Shown piece by piece: positions 1 through 13,606 of a stretch of 64,000 nt of DNA (positions within the stretch are counted from its first letter, which is position 1; each line of letters begins with the position of its first letter). The notes below the pieces were generated by a model that saw only the letters and a program-made list of their open reading frames with translations, had not been told where the DNA came from and did not search any database. The stretch comes from Guillardia theta CCMP2712 (lineage: Eukaryota; Protista; Cryptophyta), in assembly GCF_000315625.1 (NCBI RefSeq), contig NW_005434605.1, forward strand, positions 300,407-364,406, read 5' to 3'. The position numbers and the translations under genes are program-made.

Positions 1-27
1 GTGTGCTGATTCACCCCGTTTGAGCAG

Positions 28-1028
28 ATGCCCTGAACGGCAGTTTGGACGACTTCCAGGCCAACGTAGCTGGTTGCTGCGTCGTCCCGGCTCCACTGAC
101 CTTGAGCAACCCACAGACGGCGAGACCTGGAGGCTCAGACGAGGCCGATGAGCGGAGGACAGTGATTGTGGACGACAAGATCCCTGAGCTCTATCCCCCC
201 GAGCCGAAAGTCTCCAAGAAGCGAGTCGTCAACGTGAGCTTGATGGGGAGAATCTCGTGACCTGATGTTGTTTATCTCGGTTTCGTTCAGGTATCCTCTG
301 GGAAGGAAAAGCAGATTGAGCTTGAAATCCTGCACGGCACAGACTTTCAGGGCCCTGAGTTGTACTGGAAGACTGGGGTGAGATAGATGGGAGAGGAGGA
401 GAGGGGGAGGAGGAGGATTGGGAGAAGGGTGATTATGATGATGACGACGACGATGCTGAGGATGAGGATGAGGATCAGGATGAGGAGGATGATGATGAGG
501 AGGATGAGGAGACGACCAGGAGCAGTAGAAGGAGCAGTAGTAGTGGTAGGAGGAGACAGGAGGTGGAGGACGCTCTGAATTGGAGATGACGATGGGCCAT
601 TGCAAGGTGAAGGCCATCACGAGCAACCCCTACTGCCTGATCGTCTACCACAATCAAGTTTGTCGGGGGAAGACCGTGAAGAGCAGGTCCATCCCATCGA
701 CGTCCCTTCCCTTCCCTTCTTTGCCCCCACGGATGCCAGGAGGAGTTCGCACGGGCTGACCGTGCTTGTGCAGTCGTAACCCGATCTTCCACGACAAGTT
801 GAAGTTTCACGCTCCTCTCGACGGGCCGTTGGGATCCGCCAGGATGTCCGTCCTCTGCGACGAGGTTGATGAGCCCGAATGCTTCCGGGACTGACGGGGG
901 AGGACAGGGAGCCGGCGAGCCGCACACGTTCATGGGGGAGGCGACCATAGACTTCGACAAGCTGGTCGACCTGATGGCGCTGGATGAAGGCGGGAACAGC
1001 AAGATTTCTCATAGGTAAGAGGCCCAAC

Positions 1029-1090
<62 letters not shown>

Positions 1091-1225
1091 CTCTTCCTCT
1101 TCCTGGTCCCGGTCCTGCTTCCCCTCTTTCACTCACCTTACTGTCCACGCAGTTGGATACAACTGCGCGGTGGTCGGAGCGGGTCGGTGCATATCTCGTG
1201 CAGGTGTCTTGTAAAGCTGAAATGA
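28..1225 (+). CDS. 3' part of a multi-exon C2-domain protein (starts upstream of window)
   Basis: Spliced pieces NPYCLIVY..., NPIFHDKLKF, FMGEATIDFDKL and WIQLRGGRSGSVHISC resemble C2 beta-strands. Introns carry (GAT/GAG)n and (GCT)n tracts. Stop TGA at 1223-1225. Confidence 0.55.
1031..1088. repeat. (GCT)n trinucleotide microsatellite, intronic
   Basis: Pure tgctgctgc run directly visible. Confidence 0.95.
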
Positions 1226-1411
1226 TGAAGAAGAAAGAGGGAGGGACAAGAATGTCTTTGATGTCGCAGACAAGACCAATTCACGCTCACATACATCAAG
1301 TCACACCATCCTACCTCATCTGAAAAATACAATGTACATCATTCTACACTTCCCAATACCTGACAGTCCTCGTCCTTGCCGAAGCCATGGCTCACTGTTT
1401 TTTTGCACTCC

Positions 1412-3979
1412 TCAACTGAATTCCTTGAGAAGTTTCTCCAGAGCTTCGTAATTGACTTTCGCTGATCGTCCGAGACGGGTTCCCATCTCCTCTCGCTTCG
1501 CTCTCCTGATTCTCTTCCTTGGCGGAGATGGTTTCACAACTTTTTCCTCCCGCATGTCCTCCTCCTCCTCTTCCTCTTCCTCCTCCAACTGCAGTTGCTG
1601 CTCACGCACCGCAACCTCCTCAGCGCTGTACAAGTAGATTCCCCCAGGCTCGAGATCGTCGTCGGAGACATCCTGGGCCGTCAGTTCCTCTCCCTCTCCC
1701 ACTTTCCGCTTCGGCATGATCCCCGTCGATCGCAGCCACCAGTCGGAGTTGACGAACGAGCCGTCGAGACATTCCCGCTCGATCTTGCTGACGTGGCACC
1801 CATATCTCAGCCCCGCCTGCCCAGCAACCAGGTGAGCTCATCGTCCCCTCTCGTGGGTTAAAAACCTTGAAGACCTCAAGGGCCCGGTGATCCTCCTCCG
1901 ACAGGTCCTCCCTCGTTACAGTCTTCGAAGCCCGATCCTGCGGGTCGGGATGAGGACGCGCGCCCAACAGCAGAGTTCAAGTCCCTACCTCCACTAGCTG
2001 CCTTATCCATTGCGCTACCCGAACAACAGACTCTTGCTGCAGCGAACCCGCATGCTGCAAGATCGCTGAACCATACCAACAAGGAAAGACGGAAACAAGC
2101 AGACCTTCGGGGTGTTGGCAAGAAACTTACTCCCTTGGGTCATCTTACGCTTCAAGTGATCCAAAACAGCCTCAGCATGGACATAAAGATTCTTTCCTTC
2201 GACCCCGAAAGGGAGATCCTTCGATTGCGAGACGAGAAATGTGCAGATCTCGCGGTTCCTGGATTCGATACTGCAGCTAGTCAGCAAGGAGAGAACAAAG
2301 AAAAAGCATCTTCACGTTGATTTCTTAATCCCAACAAGGTTTGCAATGTCAGCTCGAACTCTCGCAAGATCTCTACTGTCCGAGCAAACTACTCCACAGG
2401 CAAAGGACAAGATGCCCCCTATCACCTATTAACATCGTGAGATCCTCCTCCTCCTCCTCCTCCTCCTGTCCCCCCTACATACCGTCTGCGGGTATCGACC
2501 ATGCATTCGGTTCGCCGCCTCTAGAATCTGCATCCCAATCAATCATGTGTGACAGATTCAGGACAGGGAACCCACCAACAGCAGGTCAGAGCTGCACCTC
2601 TCGATCTTTCTCACAGACTCTTGCTGAAGGAGCACACTGGTGTCAAGGCCGCCTTCGCCAGACGGCTGCACCCTCCAGCAGTTCTTCAGCTGCTGCAGAG
2701 TTTGCTCGAGAGTAGATGAGAATTCCGACGCCCTCAACCATGGCACTGCATCTTTGACCGGGCAGAGGCGGCCGATGTGCTCTACTAGATTGTTTATTTG
2801 CTTCTTGTCTCGATCGTTCGCTCGGGATGTAGACAGAGAAGCCGCAACCTAGAGCAAGTCTCAGGAGGCGGTGAGTTCGAAGAAGTCGCAAGGGGTCACC
2901 TCCTGCAGGAAGGGCTTTTGCTTGCCCTTGCGGAGCAGCAAATAGAGGACGGCTGCTGCAACCCTCTCAATCACCGATCGATCCGCACTCCAACGAAACA
3001 GGCGGGTGTGGTCGATGTAGTTCGGGAAGGTCCCGCTGTCGGCACTCGAAGCAAGGAGGTCTTGGAGCTTTTGAGGTGCTCAGGACTCCCAGATCACAGC
3101 AAGAGCACCACCTCACCTTGATTGAAAGGCTGGGGTGAATTTTCAGATGCTCTCTAGTAGATGATATCTCTTCATCGGACAGCTGCCCTTCATTTGCAAT
3201 CTTCTGGATTATCTGCGGCAAACATCATTTCTAACAAAGGCATCATACCAATCTACCTCCTTGTGATGACAGTCGAGAAACTTCTGCAACACCGCCGAAG
3301 AATGTTCGCTGATGTCCTTCAACAGCCTTCTGGCATATCTACGGGACAGACCCTCGAGGTCGGATTCGCTACTTTTTGCATGCGACATCTTCGAGTACGA
3401 TGGATCCGTGAACGATCGAGCTCTCAGCTCCTCCTCCTTGATCAGCGCGGCATTCAGCCTCGGAACACTCCTGAGGAATGCTTGGCAGCAGCTCATCCGA
3501 CCCAGCACAAGTTCCTTGACGTTCTCCCACTCTTTCCTCATCTCCAAAGAGTTGTCCTCCTCAGACTGCCCTCCCCTACCACACACCTTATCCCCTGCGT
3601 CCACGAAGCTTCTCATCGCCTTGAACCAAATCAAACTCTGGAGGATCCGCGAGGCTCTGAGCAGGGAGCACTCGGATTCGTACTGCTCCATGAGGGAGAC
3701 GGTCTGTTCTATCACATTGCGATCATGCACATTGAGCCTGTGACACAGCTCCTCGACGATGCTCGGAGCGTTCAAACGGTTGACTGACGATCGGTCCAGC
3801 CCGTACTTGTTGGATGCATGTGTGTCGAAGTTCTCATGGACATGGATGTTCGCCGCATTGATCTCACCGACCAGCGTCTGCGCTGGGAGCACGTGTCCAC
3901 ACCTCGTGCAAACCCATACGAGGTCATCGACCTCTTCATATGAATGCTCAGCGCAAGTCACTTGCACGTCCCTGCTCAT
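1412..3979 (-). CDS. TFIIB/BRF-related transcription factor (Zn ribbon plus divergent cyclin folds), multi-exon
   Basis: N-terminal CAEH-x11-CTRCGHVLPAQTLVGEI resembles the BRF Zn ribbon. IVEELCHRLNV and VAAAVLYLLLRK resemble cyclin-fold helices. Acidic/basic tail in ORF 1412-1717. Joining of the downstream exons is inferred. Confidence 0.55.
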
Positions 3980-5294
3980 CGGGAACGCAAAGGAGGTGGC
4001 GCACGACGGTGAGTCAGAGGAAGGAGTCTCTTCGAGGCTGCATGATCAGATCGACATGATTCATGTCTCTCCCCCCATGCCTCCTCCTCAGCTCCCCATC
4101 TCCCTCCTCCTCCTCCTCCTCCCCTCCCGGCTTGCCACGATCAAGCGCCCGATTTCCTAAATCCGTTACAATTGCGTTACAATAATTTCATGATCCTCCC
4201 TAAATATTTGACATTATTGAAAATTTATTATTTGTTTTGAATGATTGAGAGATTATTCAATGGGACCTTCTGAAACGATTGAGTTGACTAATCAATCGCA
4301 CGCGGCGCGGCATGGCGGTAAGAGTGGCTCAGCGGGGAATGGCGGGTTGGGGGAGGATCAAAACGAGGCGAACCATGCGAAAAGACATGACATACATAAG
4401 AGGAGGAGTCAGGGAGAGCTTGATGGAAACTTGTCCTCTTTCAAGTGGCTGGAGGTGGTTCAAATGGCTGCAGGGAATGAAGCTGAGAGTGGCAGTAAAG
4501 GAGTAGTTTGATGTAGTGCAAACATCTCTTAGTAGAAATCAGGTAGAAGCATATCAAAACTCATCTAGCTTGTCCTGGTTCCCTCTTATCAGCATGCAAG
4601 TTGCGATATTCGTAGTATTCGCAAGCTCTCCAGCTCGCAAGTCTCGCAGAGGATTTGTGCGAATAGTGAAAGGGGAGGATACGTTCTTTGTCTGCATGCA
4701 AAGGTTCCTGCATGGGATACTATTTCAAAAATCCATTGGTCTGTTGTGCTGCTCACTTGAATCGACAAGTGTGAAACATGAAAGCCTGATTCGCTTGTCT
4801 TTCCAGTCCTTGCAGCCAGTGAACCCCAAGCCATTTCTTGCTGATCTGACTGGCCTTTCCGTCGTTGTGAAACTTAAATGGGGAATGGAATATAAAGGTG
4901 AAACCACAATTTTTCTTCGGCTCTGAACTCATCTTTCTATCCAGGAGTGCTAAAATCAACAGATAATTACATGAATATCCAACTAGAGAATACACAGGAA
5001 TTCATTGAGGATCAGTTCCAGGGAGATCTTGGTGAAGTTTTGATCAGGTGAACAGCAGTAGCACGCTGGATATTCTGTGTCCCTTGATACCATTTCAACA
5101 ACAGGTGCAACAATGTGCTCTATGTTAGAAAAAGCGAAGAATGAAAGAGATATGTGGGCGCCCGAACTAGCTCAATCCTGTACAAGCCGAGAAACGCTGA
5201 AAGGATTCGCGATCAATCAACGCAGTACTGGGAGCATGCAACACAACCTATGGACTTAATAATCTTGTGAATGAATGCAGTCGTTTTGTATATC

Positions 5295-5485
5295 ATTGCG
5301 GTGGCCGTAGGCTTCAATCAGACTCGGCGTTGCCCTCGCCGGCAGCTTCCCGGCGGCCGGGCGCGGCGGCCCCACACGGTGGGGGCCAAGTACCCTCAGG
5401 CTCCAGTCGGAAGGCGGGAGTCCCGGGCCTCAGGCTCAGTGACAGCGACCGTCCGACCGGCGGCCCGGACCTGCCGTCTAACTGA
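5295..5485. promoter_or_regulatory. CpG/GC-rich intergenic island 1
   Basis: Dense CGGCCG/CCGG/GCGG tracts with CAGTGAC and GTCCGAC, followed by GGGGTAGGGG (~5606) and an AT-rich tract (5620-5840). Confidence 0.5.
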
Positions 5486-6249
5486 GATATGGGCTACACC
5501 CTTTTGTTGACTTGTGTCATAGCGGGGATGAGGTCACCTTGTGTTTTGACCCATCAGCGACTTCCGGCTGAAAAGGTCACATGGGGGGTGATCGACGACG
5601 ATGACGGGGGTAGGGGTGCTTTTATAATGGAAGTTTTATATTAGTTTTTAAAAGGTACCACACGTGCTTTATTGATTCTAAGAATAGGCAAAAAAAGAAG
5701 ATTCACTATTTTACTCTCTGTTTACCACAGATAAAGAAGATGAAAAGTAGGTATTTAGTTTATTATAACTGTTGTATAAAACAGGTAAAGGTTCGATGCT
5801 GATATTTTATAAATAGCCTTTTAGAGTTTTATGCAACAAACCGATCGGAACCGCCATGCACTACTGAGCGGCTGGCTGGCATCTTGAAGAAGATCCACCC
5901 TCCTCCTCCTCCTCTCTCCTCCATCCCTCCGTCCTCCTCCTGTCACTTTCTATCTCTCCCTCTCGATCTTCCTTCTCTCAAGCCCCATCTCTCTTCTCCC
6001 CTTCCTGAATCCCTGTTCGCTCTGCATATTTTCGTTACACGGTACATATTTTTCCTGGACGAAATCTTGCGTTCCTTGCTGTTGTAGGAGACACATTTTC
6101 AACTGCAATCTTTGCTTCTGTCAAGAGACTCTATCCTTCAAACCCTTCTTTCGTTGATTCTTTCTTCGTTCCACTCTTGGCCGCCGGGTTCAATTGAGCT
6201 GAAAATGGCCTCAACGAGGTGATCGGGAGTCCTGGCAAGGCGCTGCGAC

Positions 6250-9200
6250 ATGTCAGGTGTGGAAGGGGAAGGCAGCGTGCTCACTGAGCACCAAGCCATC
6301 TCCCAGGCAGTGGGGATGCTCGGGGTCGAAATGGACAACTCCAAGAGGGAGATGGAGAGCGTACCGCTTAACGCAGACTGCTCTTCGATCCTCTCAGCCG
6401 ATGACAGCAGCACTGCTGGGACAGAGCTGGGCTTCTCGACGATGGAGTCCAGCAGGAGCTCAGGTTGTGCCGTGGTGAAGCTGGTGGCAGTGATCGGGTT
6501 CCACCACAACAGGGGCCACACGGTGGAGTGGACATACCCCCCGTCCCCGGGGGTGAACTTCAGGCACCTGGCGATGCTCTGCCTGCCGGAAGGAGCGCAC
6601 CATGTGTCTGGGCTCGGGCACGTGTTCTTCACCGTGGATCTTGCGCTGGATGGGGAGGAGCAGTGCACGCAGTACTTCGGAGTATCGGTCTTCGGGCACG
6701 TCAAGACGAGCGAGCTGCTGGAGAAGGAAGCGGACGACAAGAGGTCTCATGTGCAGAAGGCCGTGGTGCTGCTGGCGAGAGATCCCTGCTTCGGATGGAT
6801 GCTGGGGGAGATGAGGCCTGTGGTCCAGGACTTCTTCTCGCTCCGCGATTTCTCCAAGAAGGACATCCTGACCGAGCTCTACTTTCAGACCAGGCGGCAG
6901 CCCTCCGGCAAGTGGATCGAGTCCATGGAGTGCTCAGCCGGTCTCAACCCGCTCTCTCTTGTCCGCCGGTTTGGTAGAAACCTCGTCGTGCTGTACAAGG
7001 TGAGACGTCCACGGTTCAACAAGCCGTGGCTGACGGTTTCTCGCAGCTCCTCCTCCTGGAGCCCAAGATGATTCTTTACGCCGACAACTGTGCAGATGCC
7101 TCCTGCTTAGTCCTCTCGTTAGTCTCTCTCGTCCCCCGCCTGTTGCAGTCCCTGTCCCCCACGTTGCAAGTAGCCTCGTTCCTGTCGGAGATCTCGGCAG
7201 AAGACAAGGTCTCGTTGGAGTCCATAAGGTCCACCGCCTCGCAGGTTGAGGGCAGCCTGAGGGGCCTCAAATTGTCTTCCCGCCTCGAATCTCAAGAGAG
7301 CAGCGAGAGCAAGTCCTCGTCCGATGCCTCTCTGGGCTCCTCCGGCTCGTCCCGTGCCAATGTGAGTCGCGGCACCCACGTGGTCGACGAGAGGCCTCCT
7401 GTCTTTCTGACACGTTTTCCTGCGATCAGTTGCAAGAGTGCTTGTCCGCCAAGGCTCCGCTGGGCTTGCAGGTTGACATCCCGAAGTCTGAGGACGAAGA
7501 TCTCTTCTCGAGGTGGTGGAGGAGGCGAACGATGGTGGGGGCAGCGGGCTGATTCTGCTTAGCAGGGAGACGAGCAGGATCCATGGGCTTCCCCTCTGTG
7601 TGTTCCACAGGAACTGGTCTGTGCAGCTCCTCTTGCCTGGCTTGGCATGACGTCTGTGTGCCCTCAGCCGCCTCGAGCCCTACATCCCGATGGAGCTGCT
7701 GATGACCAGCTCGCACCATAGGTGAACTCTCTCGGATATCGTGGGGAGGAAGTTCTTATCTTCGATCGCCACAGTGAAGGAGGCTTCATGGCTGGAAGCA
7801 GCAACAGGTTCCTGATCAGCAAGCAGCTCTCGTCCTCCAAGGTTGACGTGGTGGCGAACGCCGAGGTGAGGCGGGCGGGGATGGTGGTGAGCGATGGTGA
7901 CGTGTTGTGGTGCAGACTGGGAATGTTGCGATTTATTCAGAGGAGCTCAAGAAGGTGATACAACAACTTCATTGTCATCATCGTGGTCATTGTCATTCTT
8001 GTCAAAAGCGCCATCGCCATTGTAGATATTTTCATAGTTTCATCATCATCATCATCATCATCATCACCACCACCACCACCACCACCACCACCAATATCGT
8101 CACCATCATTACCATCTTTACTATCATCGTTGCGCTGATCTTCTGCTACTTCATTGTCCGATTTTTCAACACGAATTGCTCCTCACCTGTCTCTCTCCTA
8201 CAGGTATCGCAACTGTCAGCCCACGAGCGCCAGTTTGCCGACGAGCTCACGGCCAAGGTGGAGCAGGTGCAAAGTCATAGCCTGACTTGTTCCTTCCTCA
8301 CCTCGTGTTCTGCAGTTCTCAAAGTTGCTCGAGGAAGGGGAGGAAGGGGAAGAAGAGAACTCGCCGCGGGCCATGGAGGAGGAGCTCTCGTTCTGGATCC
8401 GGAAGCAGTTCCTAGTCTTCACTCTCCGCTTGCTTCAGGCTGCGTCAAGGAACGTGCAGTCGACCATGTACAGGTATGAATGCGAATGCTCCCCCGCCCA
8501 TTCCTTCATCCTGCCTTCATCTACCACTGCTCCGCCCCCTTCCCGTTCCCCTTCCCCTTTCCCCATGCTGCTGAGGAAGCTGACTTGTGCGCAGAGTCGA
8601 CTCGATCCAGCGTGAGCTCGCAGAGAACGAGATGCCTCGCATCCATGGCGGCGCCTGGACCGACGCCTGGAGAGAGACCAACAACTTCAACCGCTGGCTC
8701 GCCGAGCACGAGCACGTGATCGCCTCCCACAGCAAGCCGCCCACGTCTCCTGCTGTCATCGCTTTCATGAAGGTCCGGGAGATGCCCAACTGTCTCTACC
8801 CCTTCCTTCCTTCCTCGTCCTCCTCCCTTCTCGCTTCTCCTTGCATCTCCCGCTCCCTCATCCCCGTTCCCTTCTCCTCCCCTGCCATCCACCACTCCTT
8901 GACGCAATCTTGAGCAGGACGGCCTCAAGTCAAGTTTGTTGGATTTTCGTCACAGCCTGCGGCAGTCGGTGGGGGCAAAGGGAGGGATCAGGAGGGCGAT
9001 GAAGTCGAGGCTGAGCTCGGGTTTCATGTCCATGTTCTCTCACAGCGGAGGAAGCACTCCGACGGCGAGTCCCGAGAAGGGAGGGAGGCACGATGAGGAG
9101 AGAAAAGCTCAGGGAAGTGGGCAAGAAGGCCTGCCGAGAGTCTGCTTGCTCGAAGCGTTTGGTGAGGGAGGAGGAGGATGTGAGGAAGGAGGGTGCATGG

Positions 9201-9571
9201 GGAGGAGGGGGAGGAGTGAGGAGGAGGAGGAGGAGAATGTGGAATGAAGGGTGGTGGTGGTCTGCTTGAGGGAGGTAAGTTCGAAGGAGTCTTTGACGAT
9301 TTTGCAGGATCGCTCGAAGACTTCACGAAGCACGAGGTGAAAGGAGACTGCGACTTATCCTCCTGCTCTCCTGGAGATTTCTCGCTGATTCGAGGGTAAG
9401 CATAGAGGAGGAGAGGAGGGGTTGAAGTGGGAAGGAGTTGGAGAACGTGATGAGGATGAGGAGAACGATGAGGAGAACGATCATTTCTGATGATGTTTTC
9501 TGCAGGCACTGTCAATCTCTTCCTTCTAGTCGCTCTCAGAGTCCCTTCAGAAGCATCAGCCAGTACTTGTA
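6250..9571 (+). CDS. AVL9: AVL9-like DENN-family late secretory pathway protein, multi-exon
   Basis: VAVIGFHHNRGHTVEWTYP, LAMLCLPEGAH, RSHVQKAVVLL, YK|LLLLEPKMILY, L-EPYIPMELL, GFMAGSSNRF and WTDAWRETNNFNRW match the AVL9 family pattern. The 3' end is approximate. Confidence 0.8.
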
Positions 9572-9866
9572 AATAGCGGTAAATAGACCAAGTTCCCTAT
9601 GACCATATTGAGGACACGCGGTGGTGATGGAGGAGGAGCTGGAGGTCGTGAGGTCGAGGAGGCGAGTGGATGGGAAGGAAGGAGAGGAGGTGGTTGGAGG
9701 GGAGGAGGAGGAGAGGGTTGGGACGGTGCGAGGGGACCGGGGAGCATGAGGATGAGAGAGAAAGAGTCTGCCAGCACCGAAGAGGAAGCGGGTAGGAGGA
9801 GTGGAGTGGATGGAGAGGGAGAGGAACCAACAGCAAAGAAGGGGAGGAGGAGGGCGGGGTCCAATC

Positions 9867-10858
9867 TCAATCTTCTTCTATCGAGAATGATTCATCCAGC
9901 TCCACAGAGAACGGCTCGTCGATTGGAATGAAGTTGTCCGCTCCCAGCAGCTCCTGCAGCTTCGCTCCCTTCGTCCTGCTCGGGATTGAGCGAGGAGGAT
10001 GAGAAAGCGAGGAGGGAACAGGAGGAGGAGGAGGAGGAGGAGGAGGAGGAGGAGGAGGGAGGGAGGGAGGGAGGGAGGGAGGACGCAACAAAACAAGAGG
10101 TGACACAACCTCGGTCGCACTTCCTGCTTGGGTCCCTCCGATTCCGAGTCGTGAATCCCACTGGAAAATCCTTCGCTATCCTGCACCCCGAGTAGCATCA
10201 TCAGAGTCGTGCAGCCAAGGGAGGAGGTCGACCGGTAGGGAAGCTGCTCTCCTCGGAGCGGCAGGAGCCTGAGGAGTGGGAGGAGCAGCCGTGCTGTTGG
10301 ACTCGTTGGTCGCTCTTGGCACTTCTGTCCTTGGAGTCTCCTCTACTTCACTGGAGGAAAGACAATCTGAAGGAGCAGAGCAGAGTTATCTCGCAGCGCT
10401 CCTGCTCTTCCGCTTCCTCTTCCTCTTCCTCTTCCTCTTCATCCTCCTCCCTGCACTTTCCCCCTACCGCTTGTGATGATGCGTGCGCTGTGCGGGAAGC
10501 CATGGTTGTTGGCGCCCAAAGGGATGCGGGAGAAGGCGATGCCAGCATGCCTAGCGCAGAAGTGAGACAGATGTTCCTTCTCGTGCCAGCACCTCGTCCC
10601 GTCGTCCTTCGCCTCCAAGGACCCTGAGACCTCGTAGAGCGAGGAAGGTGGAGGATCCGTTGAGCTCCAGAGGGGACCATGGACCTTAGCAGGGGTCAAG
10701 GAGGCCCTCGAGGTTTGCGGGAGGAAGAGGAAGAGGAAGTTGAGGAGGAAGGCTGGGGGATGCGGGGAGATACGACGAGCCGGGGAGAAGAGGATGAAGG
10801 AAGGAGCGAACGTGACGTCATGTACCTGGGTGTTCTCCAGCCTTAGATGAGGTCTGGG

Positions 10859-10890
<32 letters not shown>

Positions 10891-12756
10891 CGCCCTTGGT
10901 CAGCGTGAAAATGCTTCGAAGGTTCCTAGCAACGCCCTTCGGGACTTGATCAGCGTAGCTGTCGATCATGTTGAGGGCCTCAGGACGCATCTCTGTCATG
11001 CCTGTCAACGAGAACGGCAAGGGGATGAAGGAGGCAAAGGAGGAGGAAGAGGAGGAGGAAGAGGAGGAGGAAGAGGAGGGAAATGGTGTTGTTGTTGTTG
11101 TTGTTGTTGTTGTTTGTGGTGGTGATGGTGGTGGTGACGATGAAAAAGACGAGGCGATGGAGAAACAGACTGGATGACGATGGAGGGATGACGATGGAGG
11201 GCAGATTGGGCAGACCGCAGCCATTGGAGGTAAGGTTCAGCTCTCGTTTCCCCAGGTAGAAAGCCCCGTGGGAATTCAGCATGAAGGTAGAGGAGGCGAC
11301 TCGGGCACGCGCGGGTAGCAGGAGGGAGAGGCCGACTGTGCACTTGTACAAGGCAGTCTGAGAGATGGAACACCTCGCTTTCTCCTGCAGGCTGATCCCA
11401 TTGATGGACGAGAACTGGACCTGGCAGGATCGCATCTGCACGTGCGAAGTCCCTGACACCCACAGCCCATGCTGGCAGTGGCCCGTCCGATAGGACACCC
11501 CCCCGATGGAGCAGGAGACGAGCGCGACTTGTGAGGCTCCGCTGACCTCCACACAGATCCCCCCGAGGCTCTCAACCTGTACCACTCACTCTCTGAGTTC
11601 CTTCACCTCCCCTTGCGTGCCTTCACCTTGCATCGATCCATTGCCCATCGGCTCCCTACGATGTCCACACACGGTTCGATGCTGCTCTCCATGCGCTGCA
11701 GGACGCGGAGGTGCCGCAGGATCCCTCGGCTCCTCTCCGCTGCCTCGAGCTGGGCGTGAATGATCGTGTGCCGCGAGTCGGATCGCAAACTCTCCGACGA
11801 GCCGAGGAGAGGCTCTCTATGCCCCATGAGCTGAACAGGTCTCTTGGCGAACCCGATCTTCAGAGGACGCTGGGAGGAGGGGTAGACGGGACGTCAGGAA
11901 GCTGGAGGGGACTAAGACGTCTCAGACCTCTACAAAGTAAGATCCTTGCTCGAAGCAGATCAGGAGGAAGTTGCTCGGCGACCATGGTGAGGCGTCGCAC
12001 TGCAAGATCTGCTCGAGCTGCCGGAAGGCTTCAGCGACAGCAGAGGGACGCATCAAGAAGCACCTTGCTGAGGTTGGCTGAAGGGTCGACGTGGTACGCG
12101 TCTTCATTCTCGTCGTCAGGATGGTTAGAGACCCAGGTCTGGATTTCCCACCTCACCAACTCCTCTCAGCACCTCTCCACTCTCTTCTCTCCCCGTCCCT
12201 CTCACCCGTCGCTGCTCCATTCGAAAGCGCTTCCATTGGCTGGCGGGGCTGGTTGGCTCAGCCTCCTCTTCTTAGTCTTGGAGTAGATCACCAACCCCTC
12301 CCCACCAGCTTCTTCCTCCCCGTCGACCTCCCCATTTGATCCTCCACGAACTATCAATGCCCTATGCTGCCTGATGCAGTGCAGATTCTCGGTCGGAGAA
12401 GGATGACGGGAGGGCAGAGCTTTTTGCTGTTGTTTCTGCGGTTGAGGATGAAGTTGATGACTTGCAGAGGGTTTACGGCGCAGATGTGGATGGTCAGGAG
12501 TAGAAAGTCGAGAACGGTAACAATCAGAAAGGAAGAGGAAAGCATCACGAACATGATAATCATGACGATAGCGATGATGACAACAACCATGACGAGGAGA
12601 ATGATGAGATGGAGGAGGAGAAGGAGGAGAGGGAAGAGAAGGAGGAGGGAGAGAGAGAGGAAGAGGAGAGGGAGGAGAGGGAGGTTGCATCTCTCCCCCT
12701 CCTCCTGCCATCGCTCCTGCCACGGCGAGACCCACGAGTAGTCGCAACCCCGCCAT
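9867..12756 (-). CDS. Signal-peptide-bearing right-handed beta-helix (pectin lyase-like) repeat protein, multi-exon
   Basis: MAGLRLLVGLAVAGA leader. Repeats such as GICVEVSGASQVALVSCSIG, GLWVSGTSHVQMRSCQVQF and GISLQEKARCSISQTALY fit parallel beta-helix coils. Linking of the 3' exons is inferred. Confidence 0.55.
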
Positions 12757-13010
12757 GCGGCGGGTGAGGGGATCGGACCCCCCTCAGAGCACAATATTTG
12801 AAAAGTGCAGGGCAGCATTGCGATTGATCTTGCTGGTCAAAAACTCTGAGGGGGCAGCATTTCTAACTCCAACTCTCCACTTGAAGTTCCAACTTCTCGC
12901 CTGTATGCACTTGTTTCCGAGTCCCCGCTCGGTTGCTTTCTGTGGCACTGCTGGCTTGCACAGCTATTCTTTACACTCGTAATTCCTGCAGCCTACATGT
13001 CCGGCCACTG

Positions 13011-13236
13011 ATAGGACGTGCCAAAGTTTACTGACTTTTTGTCTTCCTTAATAGACATCCTAGGCAGTCTCGTTTCTTTTAAGAATTTACTTGCTTTCCT
13101 TCATATTCTACCACCGTCAATTCGAATAAGCAGCGTTGGACTGTGCATTGTTTTCGCACACTTGCCCTTTGGTTTCTTGACGGGATCACTTCGTGTGTCA
13201 ACACTGGATGGAGAGATACTTGTAGGAAGTTTTCCT
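13011..13236 (+). repeat. Dispersed repeat block A, copy 1 (copy 2 at ~17568-17767)
   Basis: ataggacgtg..tttactgactttttgtcttcctta..tttccttcatattctaccaccgtca..gcagcgttggactgtgcattgttttcgcacacttgccctttggtttcttg..gatcacttcgtgtg is shared with indels. Confidence 0.9.
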
Positions 13237-13606
13237 AACATTTTGGGCACAGTGCGCGAAGGCCTGCTTTTCCTCTCGGAGTTGTTGTGTTGAAAGAAGT
13301 TGTTCAAGAAAAGATGGATGGGAAGAGCATTCCAACAGGTGGTGTCGCCTCGGACTTCATGAGTCGAAGCATGTCTCGATTGGGCAGCTTCGTGAAGGAG
13401 ACATTGAATGGGTCGGCTGAGTAGCGCTATCATCCGTCCGGAATCTGTCTTACGGGCGGGCAGCGACGCCAGCACAGGCACTTGATGGAGCAGCGAATCT
13501 CAACGTACACTTCCTCAGTGGCGAGCTTCGTTCTGCGTGCGACAATGACTGGATCCCCTCTCTTGATTTATTCGGGACGTCTGGCAGTGTGCTTTTCATC
13601 CCACTC

